Counted from the first letter of the stretch, positions 1 through 8,647 are shown. The stretch is DNA of 20,000 nt from an uncultured virus (IMG/VR IMGVR_UViG_3300042356_001581) (IMGVR_UViG_3300042356_001581), one strand, 5' to 3'. Notes: generated by a model not told the origin, from the sequence alone. Translations and numbers: made by a program.

Positions 1-206
1 ATACCTCCATTTTCGGCTTTAAAATTAGGAAGCACAGTAAATCCTTTTGTTTTTTCAGGATTGGCGCAAATAAGTTTTCTTTGAGAAAAGTAAAACTCTT
101 TGTCTGTCATTTTATCCTTGCAATGCTCTATTACAAAAGGAGTTGTTGTTTGAGAAAATGCGCTTATAGAAATAAGCAATAGTAAATTCAATAATAATTT
201 TTTCAT
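1..206 (-). CDS. Secreted hypothetical protein (3' end runs off the window)
   Basis: Read manually: ATG at 206 gives MKKLLLNLLLLISISAFSQTTTPFVIEHCKDKMTD..., open to position 1; Sec signal-peptide pattern (AFS|Q). Confidence 0.75.
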   Translation of the reverse strand, partial: MKKLLLNLLLLISISAFSQTTTPFVIEHCKDKMTDKEFYFSQRKLICANPEKTKGFTVLPNFKAENGG

Positions 207-221
207 TGTTTTTTTTTAAAT

Positions 222-446
222 TTAATTGTTTTTTAGTTTTTTGGATTTTTCAATTTCAGTAGAAGCGAAGTGTGTCAATCCAAAACCAACTCCGCTTATA
301 AGGCTAACTTCAATAAAATTTTTTAATTCAGGGTATTGTAAATAACCATTGATGTAATAGTCAAATAAGACTATTAAAATGATTAAACTTGCAGAAATAA
401 GCACTCCAACAAAGTAATGATAAAGTGCTTTTTTAAATACGTCCAT
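222..446 (-). CDS. Small two-TM membrane protein
   Basis: 74 aa ORF with two hydrophobic segments; promoter directly upstream. Confidence 0.7.
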   Translation of the reverse strand: MDVFKKALYHYFVGVLISASLIILIVLFDYYINGYLQYPELKNFIEVSLISGVGFGLTHFASTEIEKSKKLKNN

Positions 447-465
447 AGTGTTTTTTTTTGTTTGT

Positions 466-497
466 CAAACTTACAACATATTACTTATAATATCAAA
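466..497 (-). promoter_or_regulatory. Bacteroidota sigma70-type promoter (-33 TTTG, -7 TAAGTTTG)
   Basis: Minus strand reads TTTG (497-494), 20 nt spacer, TAAGTTTG (473-466), matching the TTTG-N19-21-TAnnTTTG consensus, 20 bp upstream of the ATG at 446. Confidence 0.7.
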
Positions 498-531
498 TAT
501 TTTATATATTATTTTTTATTATAAATATTTT

Positions 532-1605
532 CTAAAAAGTTTCCTTAAACTCATCAGCTTCTTTAATGTCTATCATAGCCTTATTTATCAAATCTCTCAA
601 ATTTTGAGGTACAATAAAGTACAATACCGCTTCCAAAGCAGTCTTGGCAATAGCATATCTTTTTTTAAGAGTTTCGTACTCTGAACGATTGACCATTATA
701 ATATCTTCGTTTTTAGTTTGAGGTCTTGTAAGTATGGTAACAGGAATTGGCGGAGCAGGTGGTTGAATCGGTTCTGAAATTGAAGCAGGTGTAGGCGTTT
801 GTTTTGCTTGTTGCTTGAGTTGTTTTATTTCTTGTGCTTTCTTCTCGTTCTGCTTTTTAAGGGCTTCATTTTCTTTTGCTAATTTCTCTTGCGCTTTTAA
901 GTATTCTGTTTTCCTAAAAATTAAATCGTTCATTAAAGAATCAAATTTAGACTGTTCGGTTTCTGTAGTTAGAATTAAATCGGTTTCAGAATTGTAAAAC
1001 TGCTTGTATTCAACAATCTGTAATCTTCTCTCTTGAAACAACTTTTGCTTTCTATCATTTTCTAAACGCTCTTCCTCAACTCTCAATGCTTCGGCTTTTT
1101 TGCTTTCTAAAGAGAATTTTGCGCCATTCAATATAGTCGTAAACGCTTCTTCTGTAATCAAGTCTAATTGAATTGAATTTGGGTCAATAACTTCTTTGTA
1201 CGGTTCTAACAATTTAGTTCTATCAGCTTTTAACTGAATACGCTTATTTTGCTCTATAATTTCAACAAACTTTTCTTGAAGTTCCAAATGCTTTTCTGCG
1301 GGTTCAATAAGACCTGTTAGATACTTTGCAACACTATCAATTAATCTGCCCTCGCTTAAAGATTGCTCTTTTAGAGATTTTCTTTTTTTCTCTATCTCAA
1401 TTCTTTTAGCTTTAAGCAATAATCTACCCTCTCTTGCCTCCGACATTAACTCTTTTTGAGTTTCGTCTGTTACGACTATCGCATTAGCTTTTTTAGACCA
1501 CTCTTCAACTGCTTGTGTGAAGTCTTGAAACTCTTGTCTAATGTAGTCCCCTTTTGTTTTTTCGATTAATCCTGCGTTTATTAACGCATCTATTTCTTGG
1601 CTCAT
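532..1605 (-). CDS. Coiled-coil phage protein, function unknown
   Basis: 357 aa, long E/K-rich helical runs and a Pro-rich linker. Confidence 0.75.
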   Translation of the reverse strand: MSQEIDALINAGLIEKTKGDYIRQEFQDFTQAVEEWSKKANAIVVTDETQKELMSEAREGRLLLKAKRIEIEKKRKSLKEQSLSEGRLIDSVAKYLTGLIEPAEKHLELQEKFVEIIEQNKRIQLKADRTKLLEPYKEVIDPNSIQLDLITEEAFTTILNGAKFSLESKKAEALRVEEERLENDRKQKLFQERRLQIVEYKQFYNSETDLILTTETEQSKFDSLMNDLIFRKTEYLKAQEKLAKENEALKKQNEKKAQEIKQLKQQAKQTPTPASISEPIQPPAPPIPVTILTRPQTKNEDIIMVNRSEYETLKKRYAIAKTALEAVLYFIVPQNLRDLINKAMIDIKEADEFKETF

Positions 1606-1614
1606 TTTTTTTAT

Positions 1615-2043
1615 TTATTTTGATGTTTTAAAATTGTTTTTTAAATAATCTGCAATATCACTTAAATATGATTTTATAAACAAATCAGTTACCTTATTAT
1701 CCAAATCATTTATCATCATTTCTAGTTTTTTCAATTTTTGCTTTGTGGTTACTCTTGGGGGTAATTTTTTTGGCTGATTATTAGTTAAATCCCATTCAAT
1801 AGAATTTACACCAGTTATACTACATTTACGAACACTTACTTCGTAAATTACACCAAGCTCTCTCAATTCAGTAAGCCTTGTAGGTTCGATTTTAACAACA
1901 GGAATTCTTGCAAATATCTCTCTTGCTGTTGACGGTTTATTTAGATTATATAAAGTTTCGTAAACTTTAAACCTGCTTTTAGATAAAGAACCGCTATTTT
2001 TTATTTGATTAAAACAATCAATCGAAGTTTTTCTTGTACTCAT
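1615..2043 (-). CDS. Hypothetical protein, possible winged-helix DNA-binding domain
   Basis: 142 aa; TAREI...RLTELRELGVIYEV pattern resembles a wHTH. Confidence 0.55.
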   Translation of the reverse strand: MSTRKTSIDCFNQIKNSGSLSKSRFKVYETLYNLNKPSTAREIFARIPVVKIEPTRLTELRELGVIYEVSVRKCSITGVNSIEWDLTNNQPKKLPPRVTTKQKLKKLEMMINDLDNKVTDLFIKSYLSDIADYLKNNFKTSK

Positions 2044-2048
2044 AACTT

Positions 2049-2786
2049 TTATTTTAAAATCGTTCTTAATTTAGCTTTTGTTTCTTCTGGGAAGTCGCTA
2101 TTAAGCACCCAATTCAAGTAGGCAGTATCTTTCGTTACAGGATTGTTAGCGTTCTTTCCGATTGACCAGCAAACCTCTCCGTTTGCGTTCAAATAAGTTT
2201 TACCGCTTATATCAAAACGCTTTCTCTCCCCTTGACACATTAAATCAATTTCTTGCGGTGTAAGGTCTTCTTTTCCGTGTTTCTGCAATTGACACATCAA
2301 AACCTCAAAAGTCGCTCTAATGTCATTCAGCGCATCGTGCGCACCCTCTAAAGCTTTTCCAGTGTATCTCTTGTAAACTTCTTCTAGCTTATTTGAGTTC
2401 AGCATACGTTCAAACTTCAAAACATCGACTAAATTTAATTCCCAAGTAGGAAATTCAATTCCGCATCTGCTAAACTCTTTCATTAAAAGAGGTACATCGT
2501 AGTAATCAGAATTAAAACCTGCAATATCACAGTTTTCAAAGTAGGTAAATAGAGATTTTGAAATTTGCTTGAATGTAGGCGCATCGACTACCATTTCATC
2601 TGTAATACCGTGTATGTCTGATGCTTCTTTTGGAATCATCATTTCAGGGTTAATTAAGATTTTTTTTTCTGTGGTTTTGCCTTCTAAATCTATTTTAAGC
2701 GTTGCGATAGATACGGCTCTGTCCTTTGATAAATCAAGTCCCGTCGTCTCCAAATCAAAAAATACAATTGGTCTTGTAATGTTCAT
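2049..2786 (-). CDS. DEDDh 3'-5' exonuclease (DnaQ / Pol III epsilon-like)
   Basis: ExoI FFDLETTG, IHGIT, ExoII FNSDYYD, ExoIII HDALND. Confidence 0.92.
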   Translation of the reverse strand: MNITRPIVFFDLETTGLDLSKDRAVSIATLKIDLEGKTTEKKILINPEMMIPKEASDIHGITDEMVVDAPTFKQISKSLFTYFENCDIAGFNSDYYDVPLLMKEFSRCGIEFPTWELNLVDVLKFERMLNSNKLEEVYKRYTGKALEGAHDALNDIRATFEVLMCQLQKHGKEDLTPQEIDLMCQGERKRFDISGKTYLNANGEVCWSIGKNANNPVTKDTAYLNWVLNSDFPEETKAKLRTILK

Positions 2787-2790
2787 AGTG

Positions 2791-3057
2791 TTATTTTTTT
2801 TGTTTTATAATTCTTGGTGGATAATAATTTTCTTTGAGCCATTTTGGAAGAGAATGAAAAATATCTGTAGGCATATCATCGTATTTATCAAGATATTTAT
2901 CCATTATTTTATCCCAAGTCACCACACCTTTCTTAATACTGTCGTTATGGAATCGTGTCTTACATTCTACGGAGCAATACTTTTTATTAGTTCTTTCAAA
3001 ACTTCCGACTATATCAGCACATTTTGGATTCGCACATTTTCTAATTTTAATTGCCAT
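2791..3057 (-). CDS. Small Cys-rich (putative Zn-binding) hypothetical protein
   Basis: CANPKC...KYCSVEC motif. Confidence 0.65.
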   Translation of the reverse strand: MAIKIRKCANPKCADIVGSFERTNKKYCSVECKTRFHNDSIKKGVVTWDKIMDKYLDKYDDMPTDIFHSLPKWLKENYYPPRIIKQKK

Positions 3058-3146
3058 AAAATATGTATTTTAAAATTGCTGTTATAATCAAAAAAGTTAC
3101 AAGCCAAGCGGTAAATTCTATTAAAGAGTTTTTTATTTTTTTCATT

Positions 3147-3485
3147 TTAATTATCTTTACATATTTCTAATTCGTCTTCATTAAACCATTCAAAACTATC
3201 AGATTCTCCAACTTGAACAGTAATGGGGAAATCTAATTTATTATTTTCGATGTCAACCACGAACAATTTATATTGATTTAAGTGTTCATAAGCATTACCT
3301 TTTTTTACTTTGACTTCTTTGTGAATCCATTTTTCTTTAAAGTCACAGTCTTGGCAAATAATAATATCTTTCTTGTCTATATTTGTAAATTCATCTACAA
3401 CAACAACTAGCCTTATTAAATTAACTTCCGTTGAGTGATACATAAATTCTTCATTGCATCTTGGACAAACTGTTACAGTGTGCAT
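3147..3485 (-). CDS. Hypothetical protein with CxxC...CxxC
   Basis: CPRC and CQDC motifs; in line with neighbouring genes. Confidence 0.65.
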   Translation of the reverse strand: MHTVTVCPRCNEEFMYHSTEVNLIRLVVVVDEFTNIDKKDIIICQDCDFKEKWIHKEVKVKKGNAYEHLNQYKLFVVDIENNKLDFPITVQVGESDSFEWFNEDELEICKDN

Positions 3486-3491
3486 AATTAA

Positions 3492-3869
3492 TTATTTATG
3501 AAATTCAACAAAATTCCCATCAGAAATCAAAATTCTCAAAGTAGAATCTTCATCAAATAACTGTAACGCTACTTTTTTACCATTTTCGTCATCAATGCAA
3601 ATTATAATTTGATAAGCTTCTCCTGATTTAGTTTTGTCTTTTGTTACATCGCCAACTTGATGAAATCTTTTAACGTTTCCGTTTGTGTAATAAAAAACAA
3701 TATCGCCTGTGTCTGTTTCATTAAAAACAACAGTAATCGAAATGGTTTCCCATTTACCTAAAATACCTGCTTTTTCTGCAATAACAGAATTGTACTTATT
3801 TACGAAAGTTTGTGAAAATGACACAACTGAAAGCATCAAAAGTAATACTGATAAAAATAGTTTTTTCAT
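3492..3869 (-). CDS. Secreted hypothetical protein
   Basis: Signal peptide MKKLFLSVLLLMLSVVSFS|Q. Confidence 0.75.
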   Translation of the reverse strand: MKKLFLSVLLLMLSVVSFSQTFVNKYNSVIAEKAGILGKWETISITVVFNETDTGDIVFYYTNGNVKRFHQVGDVTKDKTKSGEAYQIIICIDDENGKKVALQLFDEDSTLRILISDGNFVEFHK

Positions 3870-3875
3870 TGTTTT

Positions 3876-4214
3876 CTATAGTGTTTTTTTATCCTTTTTA
3901 TTTAATTCAGCAATAAGACTGTCAGCATCTATACCAAAATCAATATTGGCTTTAGTCAAACAAACCATTAAAAGAGCAAGTGTTAATTTAGATAACCTCA
4001 TTTTTTGGTCAGTTATTAATTCAGAATATGGTTTTTCCTCGCTTTCTTCAAAACGTCTTACATTTATAACTGTAGTTTCGTCTTCGAGGTATCTAAAGAT
4101 TATTTCTCTATCTTCGGTTTCAAGACGAAAGTTTTTTAAAACTTTTAATTCCCCATCAAGAGTGGTTACAATACCCAATTCGTTTTCGATTTTTTCTTCT
4201 TTTTCTTTCGACAT
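3876..4214 (-). CDS. Hypothetical protein
   Basis: 112 aa ORF in tight gene packing. Confidence 0.7.
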   Translation of the reverse strand: MSKEKEEKIENELGIVTTLDGELKVLKNFRLETEDREIIFRYLEDETTVINVRRFEESEEKPYSELITDQKMRLSKLTLALLMVCLTKANIDFGIDADSLIAELNKKDKKTL

Positions 4215-4227
4215 AATTTTAAGCTTT

Positions 4228-4247
4228 AAAAGGGGCTTTTCAGCCCC
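4228..4247 (-). terminator. Putative intrinsic terminator
   Basis: Minus strand GGGGCT-GAAA-AGCCCC followed by TTTT, just after the stop of 4255..5172. Confidence 0.55.
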
Positions 4248-4254
4248 GATTATT

Positions 4255-5172
4255 TTATACAGTAGTTACTAATGTTGGTAACGCATCAACAATGATGTTG
4301 TAGGCGTTTAAGTTCTTTCTATAACCCGAACCAACCATTACATTTTCCAGCCCTTTATCTTCTTTTACATCTTGATGGTTAGTTTTCCAAGTTACTGCAT
4401 TAAAAAGACCCCATAAAGTTTGACCGTGAGAGTTTAGTTCTGATTCAAGTATTTTGCTGAATTTAGCGATGTCGTTTACTTTTTTAGTAGAAAAGTCTTT
4501 AGTTTCTTTATCAAAATCTTCTTCGGAAAATTTGAATAAATCAGCAATAACTTTTTTGGTAACTGCGGTATTGATTTTAGTATCAGCCATACGCTTGTAG
4601 TTATCCATAAGACTGCTTTCCGCTTTTAACACTCTTCTAATTTCTTCTCTAGCCAATTCAACTCTTTGTTGAGCAGAAGCACTGTGTCTAAATCGGTTTA
4701 CTTCTTTCATAGCCATATAGAATGTATTTTGACAAACTACAACAGTATTGGTAAATCCAAAACCGATTGAAGAAGAACCATCGTGACTGTTTAAACCAGT
4801 GATATATCTTTTAATTGTATCGTTAGCGATTTGAGTATCTAACAACTGTGCTTGGTAATAAACTTTCTTACCACCGTAAAGCTCTCCACCTCTAAATTTT
4901 TCACTAATATCCATTGATGCTTCGATGATGTTTTCAGCCAAAGTAGCGTTCTGCATCATTTCGTAAGTTTTACCAACAGTACCTAACCATTTGTTATTAT
5001 CATTACGGTAAATACCAAATGATTCAGTAGGATAGCCGTCAGGACAAGCTAAAGGTTTTTTTGTAACACCCCAAGTAGTTTTGGTGTCAGATAATAACTC
5101 AAAAGTTTTGTTGTAGATTTCTGTTTTGTCAACTACCACTTCTTGTGTTTGTGCGGTTTGAATTGCTTCCAT
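4255..5172 (-). CDS. DUF932/DUF945-family phage/plasmid protein
   Basis: Motifs LGTVGKTY...QN, NSHDGSSS, VVCQNT, RHS and TLWGLFNAVT are characteristic of this family (recognised from memory). Confidence 0.8.
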   Translation of the reverse strand: MEAIQTAQTQEVVVDKTEIYNKTFELLSDTKTTWGVTKKPLACPDGYPTESFGIYRNDNNKWLGTVGKTYEMMQNATLAENIIEASMDISEKFRGGELYGGKKVYYQAQLLDTQIANDTIKRYITGLNSHDGSSSIGFGFTNTVVVCQNTFYMAMKEVNRFRHSASAQQRVELAREEIRRVLKAESSLMDNYKRMADTKINTAVTKKVIADLFKFSEEDFDKETKDFSTKKVNDIAKFSKILESELNSHGQTLWGLFNAVTWKTNHQDVKEDKGLENVMVGSGYRKNLNAYNIIVDALPTLVTTV

Positions 5173-5209
5173 AGTTTTAAGAATTTGTTGTTATTAAGTT
5201 TCTTGAGTA

Positions 5210-5217
5210 CAAATATA
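5210..5217 (-). promoter_or_regulatory. Bacteroidota -7 promoter element TATATTTG
   Basis: TAnnTTTG match 38 bp upstream of the DUF932 start, in an AT-rich intergenic region. Confidence 0.55.
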
Positions 5218-5310
5218 AAAACTTATTTAGAATAAAAAAACTTATTTATAATATTTTTATATTTTTTTTTATTTTTATTAAAATGGACAATGTTCTTTTT
5301 TGGGAATCAA

Positions 5311-5502
5311 TTATAATTTACTTCTTAAAAAATTAAGTGAATAAAATTTACTCGCAACAACATAACCTATTGTACTTCCTTTTAATATTTGCTTGATTAA
5401 CTTGCCAGACTGTAAATTGTAACACAATCCGCATTTTGTAAACACGTAATTTGTAGCGAAATTTAAACGGTAGTTTGCAATATAATTTACAGTAATAGTC
5501 AT
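5311..5502 (-). CDS. Small hypothetical protein (weak NUMOD4/HNH N-terminus-like)
   Basis: 63 aa; YVFTKCGLCYNLQSGKLIK pattern. Confidence 0.5.
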   Translation of the reverse strand: MTITVNYIANYRLNFATNYVFTKCGLCYNLQSGKLIKQILKGSTIGYVVASKFYSLNFLRSKL

Positions 5503-5526
5503 AGTTAATTGTGTATTAAAGTTACT

Positions 5527-5548
5527 GTTAGCGGATAGTTAGCGGATA
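5527..5548 (+). repeat. Tandem GTTAGCGGATA x2 at the array start; candidate attI-like entry site
   Basis: Exact 11 bp direct repeat; the first cassette core GTTA (5538) has no preceding hairpin. Confidence 0.5.
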
Positions 5549-5592
5549 TGGCAGTAGAACCGAAGAACTACCGCCAAATCCAAGTAACAAGA

Positions 5593-5811
5593 TTACTTTT
5601 TAAAAGAAAACTTATCTCCTAAAATCTCTAATCTTTGACCTAAAACTTGCAAATACTCATTCATCAATCTTGATTGTTTGTAAAGCAAATCTTTGTTTTG
5701 TCGGTCTAAATCAACAAAAGCCTGTGTACGCATAAAATCATTTAAGGAATTTGTTTTAGTTGCCAATTCTTGCGCTTCAATAAGAAGTCTGTCGTAAAAT
5801 GAATCTCCCAT
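5593..5811 (-). CDS. Cassette 1: small helical phage protein (crAss001_48-like)
   Basis: RL..E..EL......L..F.....F..L.....LL..Q...M..Y..VL..R pattern recalled from that family. Confidence 0.6.
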   Translation of the reverse strand: MGDSFYDRLLIEAQELATKTNSLNDFMRTQAFVDLDRQNKDLLYKQSRLMNEYLQVLGQRLEILGDKFSFKK

Positions 5812-5869
5812 AATATTTGTGTTTGGGTTTTATAACTCCGCCCAGAAGTTTAGTGGAAGCCACATCCGC

Positions 5870-5994
5870 TAACAGCTTGTATAGTTAATGCGGTCTATGG
5901 CTTAATTTATTGTTCAGTTTGCACTTGGATTGTTCGGTCTTGAATGGAATTATTCGGCTTATTTTTCCGCACTAACCATATAAGCGAACCGTTA
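5870..5994 (+). repeat. Hairpin site A1
   Basis: TAAC-agcttgtatagttaatgcgg ... ccgcactaaccatataagc-gaacc-GTTA. Confidence 0.85.
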
Positions 5995-6008
5995 TATACA
6001 ATAAAAAT

Positions 6009-6386
6009 TTACCATCGCTCTTTTTTGAATATAATTTGTTTATCTAATTTTATTTGATGTATGGTGTGAAATGTCCGTTCTTTTACATATTTTTTAAATG
6101 TGTTGAAAACTTCTTCCGATACCATTTTACTTTTCACATAATAAATATATGGACTTTTACCACTCATATCATCTCTCCACATATTAAAACCATATCTTTC
6201 CCCATTAGGAAAATTATGTCTATGTTCGTGAATTAAATTATATTTTTTTGATTTAGCTTTATATGGTTTAAATTTACTAATAGCATCTACCATTAATTTA
6301 ATATTCTCAATATCATTTTCATCCACATCTGATTTAAGATATGTGAAATCACCATCATTTGTATCAACTTTTATATTTATTATCAT
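6009..6386 (-). CDS. Cassette 2: hypothetical protein
   Basis: 125 aa ORF bounded by IR gttatatacaataaaaat / atttttactgtatataac. Confidence 0.7.
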   Translation of the reverse strand: MIINIKVDTNDGDFTYLKSDVDENDIENIKLMVDAISKFKPYKAKSKKYNLIHEHRHNFPNGERYGFNMWRDDMSGKSPYIYYVKSKMVSEEVFNTFKKYVKERTFHTIHQIKLDKQIIFKKERW

Positions 6387-6428
6387 AATATTATTTTAAA
6401 ATTATCCAACGCACATTTTTACTGTATA

Positions 6429-6476
6429 TAACAAAGTGTAAAAAACATTAAAACGATTTTTTACACTCAACCGTTA
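6429..6476 (+). repeat. Hairpin site A2 (shortest, 48 bp)
   Basis: TAAC-aaagtgtaaaaaa ... ttttttacact-caacc-GTTA. Confidence 0.8.
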
Positions 6477-6485
6477 TGTGCAAGG

Positions 6486-7292
6486 CTACGAAACTGCATC
6501 TAAACGACTATTCGTTATTTCAATAGCCATTGGATTAATGTCGCAACCTATAAAATTTCGGTTCAGTTCTTTACAAACTACTGCTGTTGTTCCCGAACCT
6601 AAATAGTAATCTGCAACTGTATCACCTTCATTTGAACTTGCTTTTATTATTCGTTCTATTAATGCTTTTGGCTTTTGGGTTGGGTATTTTGAATACTCTT
6701 TTGAATTGCCTTTAAGTGTGTGTATTACCATCCAATCTTCCATAATTTTACCTCCGTTTTTAGATAAAGGGCTGTCGGCTTTACCCATCATTGAGTTACT
6801 TCCATACTTACCTCTTTCTTTACTACTTTCGGAATAATCTGTTAATACGCTTTGCCAATTAAATGTATAATCTTTAGTTTTTGCGTAAGAAAATATATTA
6901 TCGTGTTTTGCATTAAATCTCCTTTTGTTGTTGTTTGGCATAGTGTAGCACCATATAATTTCATTTACAAAATTATCATACCCAAAAATATCATCCATTA
7001 TCAACCTAATCCAATGGGATATTCTATAATCCATTTGTAAATAGATAGTACCTGTGCTTTTTAATACTCGGTGCATTTCTTTTAATCGTGGTAAATAATG
7101 TGCTTCAATTTCACTTCTAATCGGTTTTAAGTCTTGGTAATCTCCAAAGTTTCTGCCAGTTCCATAAAGAATATCACAATAAATCAAATCTACACTTTCA
7201 TCAGGTTGCGACAAAAGGAGTTCAAGGTTATCAACCGCCCTGCACATAACACGGGTTTGGCAAAATGGCTGTTCAGTAATTCTATCAATCAT
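6486..7292 (-). CDS. Cassette 3: N6-adenine/N4-cytosine DNA methyltransferase (beta class)
   Basis: Motif IV-like CDILYG at the N-terminus, YPTQKP, motif I DYYLGSGTT, FIGCDIN. Confidence 0.88.
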   Translation of the reverse strand: MIDRITEQPFCQTRVMCRAVDNLELLLSQPDESVDLIYCDILYGTGRNFGDYQDLKPIRSEIEAHYLPRLKEMHRVLKSTGTIYLQMDYRISHWIRLIMDDIFGYDNFVNEIIWCYTMPNNNKRRFNAKHDNIFSYAKTKDYTFNWQSVLTDYSESSKERGKYGSNSMMGKADSPLSKNGGKIMEDWMVIHTLKGNSKEYSKYPTQKPKALIERIIKASSNEGDTVADYYLGSGTTAVVCKELNRNFIGCDINPMAIEITNSRLDAVS

Positions 7293-7366
7293 TCGTTTTT
7301 AATTTTAAAGTTTAGTAATTCTATTTAGCTTCGGGTTCAGCCACTTCACCAAGCCCGATAACGTTA
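7247..7366 (+). repeat. Hairpin site A3 (contains start codon of 6486..7292)
   Basis: TAAC-acgggtttggcaaaatggctg ... cagccacttcaccaagcccg-ataac-GTTA. Confidence 0.88.
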
Positions 7367-7597
7367 GGTGTAATGCCACTCCGCCACTTCACTTCTATCA
7401 AAATGTGTTTGACGTGAAAAATGTTTAGTCCACCAAGCAAAGGCACGAAATGAACCTCCCCATAAATGCTCATAATATCCTCGATACCATTTTTCACCTA
7501 CTTTAAATTTTAACTCGTAATATGATGAAGGCACTACACCTAACAGCACATTGCCAAAAGTGGGGGTTATCGTTTTTAAATCAGCTTTTACACTCAT
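7364..7597 (-). CDS. Cassette 4: hypothetical protein
   Basis: 77 aa; stop codon is the TTA of the GTTA core; start lies in hairpin A4. Confidence 0.65.
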   Translation of the reverse strand: MSVKADLKTITPTFGNVLLGVVPSSYYELKFKVGEKWYRGYYEHLWGGSFRAFAWWTKHFSRQTHFDRSEVAEWHYT

Positions 7598-7666
7598 ATC
7601 AAATTTTGTATTTCAATTAAAGTTTAGTGGTATAAAGCCCCACCTTCGGCAATCTGCAAAACGTTA
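7541..7666 (+). repeat. Hairpin site A4
   Basis: TAAC-agcacattgccaaaagtgggg ... ccccaccttcggcaatctgc-aaaac-GTTA. Confidence 0.88.
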
Positions 7667-7681
7667 GCAGTAATATTGTGG

Positions 7682-7921
7682 CTACTTACCAATAGGTCTA
7701 TTGCAAGTTGCACAGATATAACTACCATTCATTAAATAACATTGAGATTGTTGACAGCCACAATACATACTGCTAACATCGGCTATACGCAAGTTTTTTG
7801 CTTCCGTTAGTCGGTTAATAACATTGTTTGCCTCTATCAACATTTCAATCAATTTGTCTTTTTCTACCATTTGATACATCTCTACTTTTTCAGAGTGTGT
7901 CATTTCAATTACTTGCATCAT
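7682..7921 (-). CDS. Cassette 5: small protein with Cys-rich C-terminus
   Basis: 79 aa; CGC...C...CATC at the C-terminus; first ~49 aa encoded within hairpin A5. Confidence 0.6.
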   Translation of the reverse strand: MMQVIEMTHSEKVEMYQMVEKDKLIEMLIEANNVINRLTEAKNLRIADVSSMYCGCQQSQCYLMNGSYICATCNRPIGK

Positions 7922-7981
7922 ATATTTTAATTTTAGTGTTTCAAATTCGCAAAAAACCTGACGTATAGCCGAGAACCGTTA
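7774..7981 (+). repeat. Hairpin site A5 (longest, 208 bp)
   Basis: TAAC-atcggctatacgcaagttttttgc ... gcaaaaaacctgacgtatagccga-gaacc-GTTA. Confidence 0.85.
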
Positions 7982-7984
7982 TGG

Positions 7985-8287
7985 TTAATATTTGTATTCT
8001 GCTATTTTAGAAGCTAATCCCCAACTTTGCAACTTACCACCGTAGTTAGATATAAATCTAAATACATCGCCCATATAAGTAGGTTCAGATGGTGTATAAA
8101 TATAAGTTCCTGCAATAGTTTCTAATCGTAATTTCCAAGTATGATTATCTTTAAAAACTTTCGCATCGAAACCCATACATAGTTTTAATTCTTCTGCAAT
8201 TAAATTACATTTTTCTTCATTAAACATACTAACCATAACACTCGTTTGGCTCAATGCCTTATTTTCGTTTATATCGTTTTTCATCAC
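7985..8287 (-). CDS. Cassette 6: hypothetical protein
   Basis: 100 aa; start (GTG 8287 or ATG 8284) in hairpin A6. Confidence 0.65.
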   Translation of the reverse strand: MMKNDINENKALSQTSVMVSMFNEEKCNLIAEELKLCMGFDAKVFKDNHTWKLRLETIAGTYIYTPSEPTYMGDVFRFISNYGGKLQSWGLASKIAEYKY

Positions 8288-8352
8288 GTTTTATTTTTAA
8301 TTAGATAATTTAGTTTTCATAACTCGGCACTAAGCCAAGCGAGGGAACGTTA
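8236..8352 (+). repeat. Hairpin site A6
   Basis: TAAC-actcgtttggctcaatgcc ... ggcactaagccaagcgag-ggaac-GTTA. Confidence 0.88.
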
Positions 8353-8571
8353 GCAACTATGCTCTAATTTGTATATTTTCTCTATTTCATCTACTCTTAA
8401 TGGGTCACAATATCTACCTCTTTGATAATTAACAACTCTAAATATGTATTTTTCGGTTAATTTATGTCTTTCTTCCCAATTGACTTTATTCCACCAAGCA
8501 ATAGCACAATTGCTAACAGCATTTTGTGGCAATTGCGGGGTTTGGATTTCTTTTTCCATTTTAGTTTTCAA
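8350..8571 (-). CDS. Cassette 7: hypothetical protein (likely ATG at 8559)
   Basis: Stop codon is the TTA of the core; start in hairpin A7. Confidence 0.6.
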   Translation of the reverse strand: MKTKMEKEIQTPQLPQNAVSNCAIAWWNKVNWEERHKLTEKYIFRVVNYQRGRYCDPLRVDEIEKIYKLEHSC

Positions 8572-8643
8572 TTTAAAGATTAGTATTTTTTTGTATGGTA
8601 TGTGTTAATTCGTCCGCAACTAACCACAAGATGCAAAACGTTA
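8514..8643 (+). repeat. Hairpin site A7
   Basis: TAAC-agcattttgtggcaattgcgg ... ccgcaactaaccacaagatgc-aaaac-GTTA. Confidence 0.85.
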
Positions 8644-8647
8644 TGCC

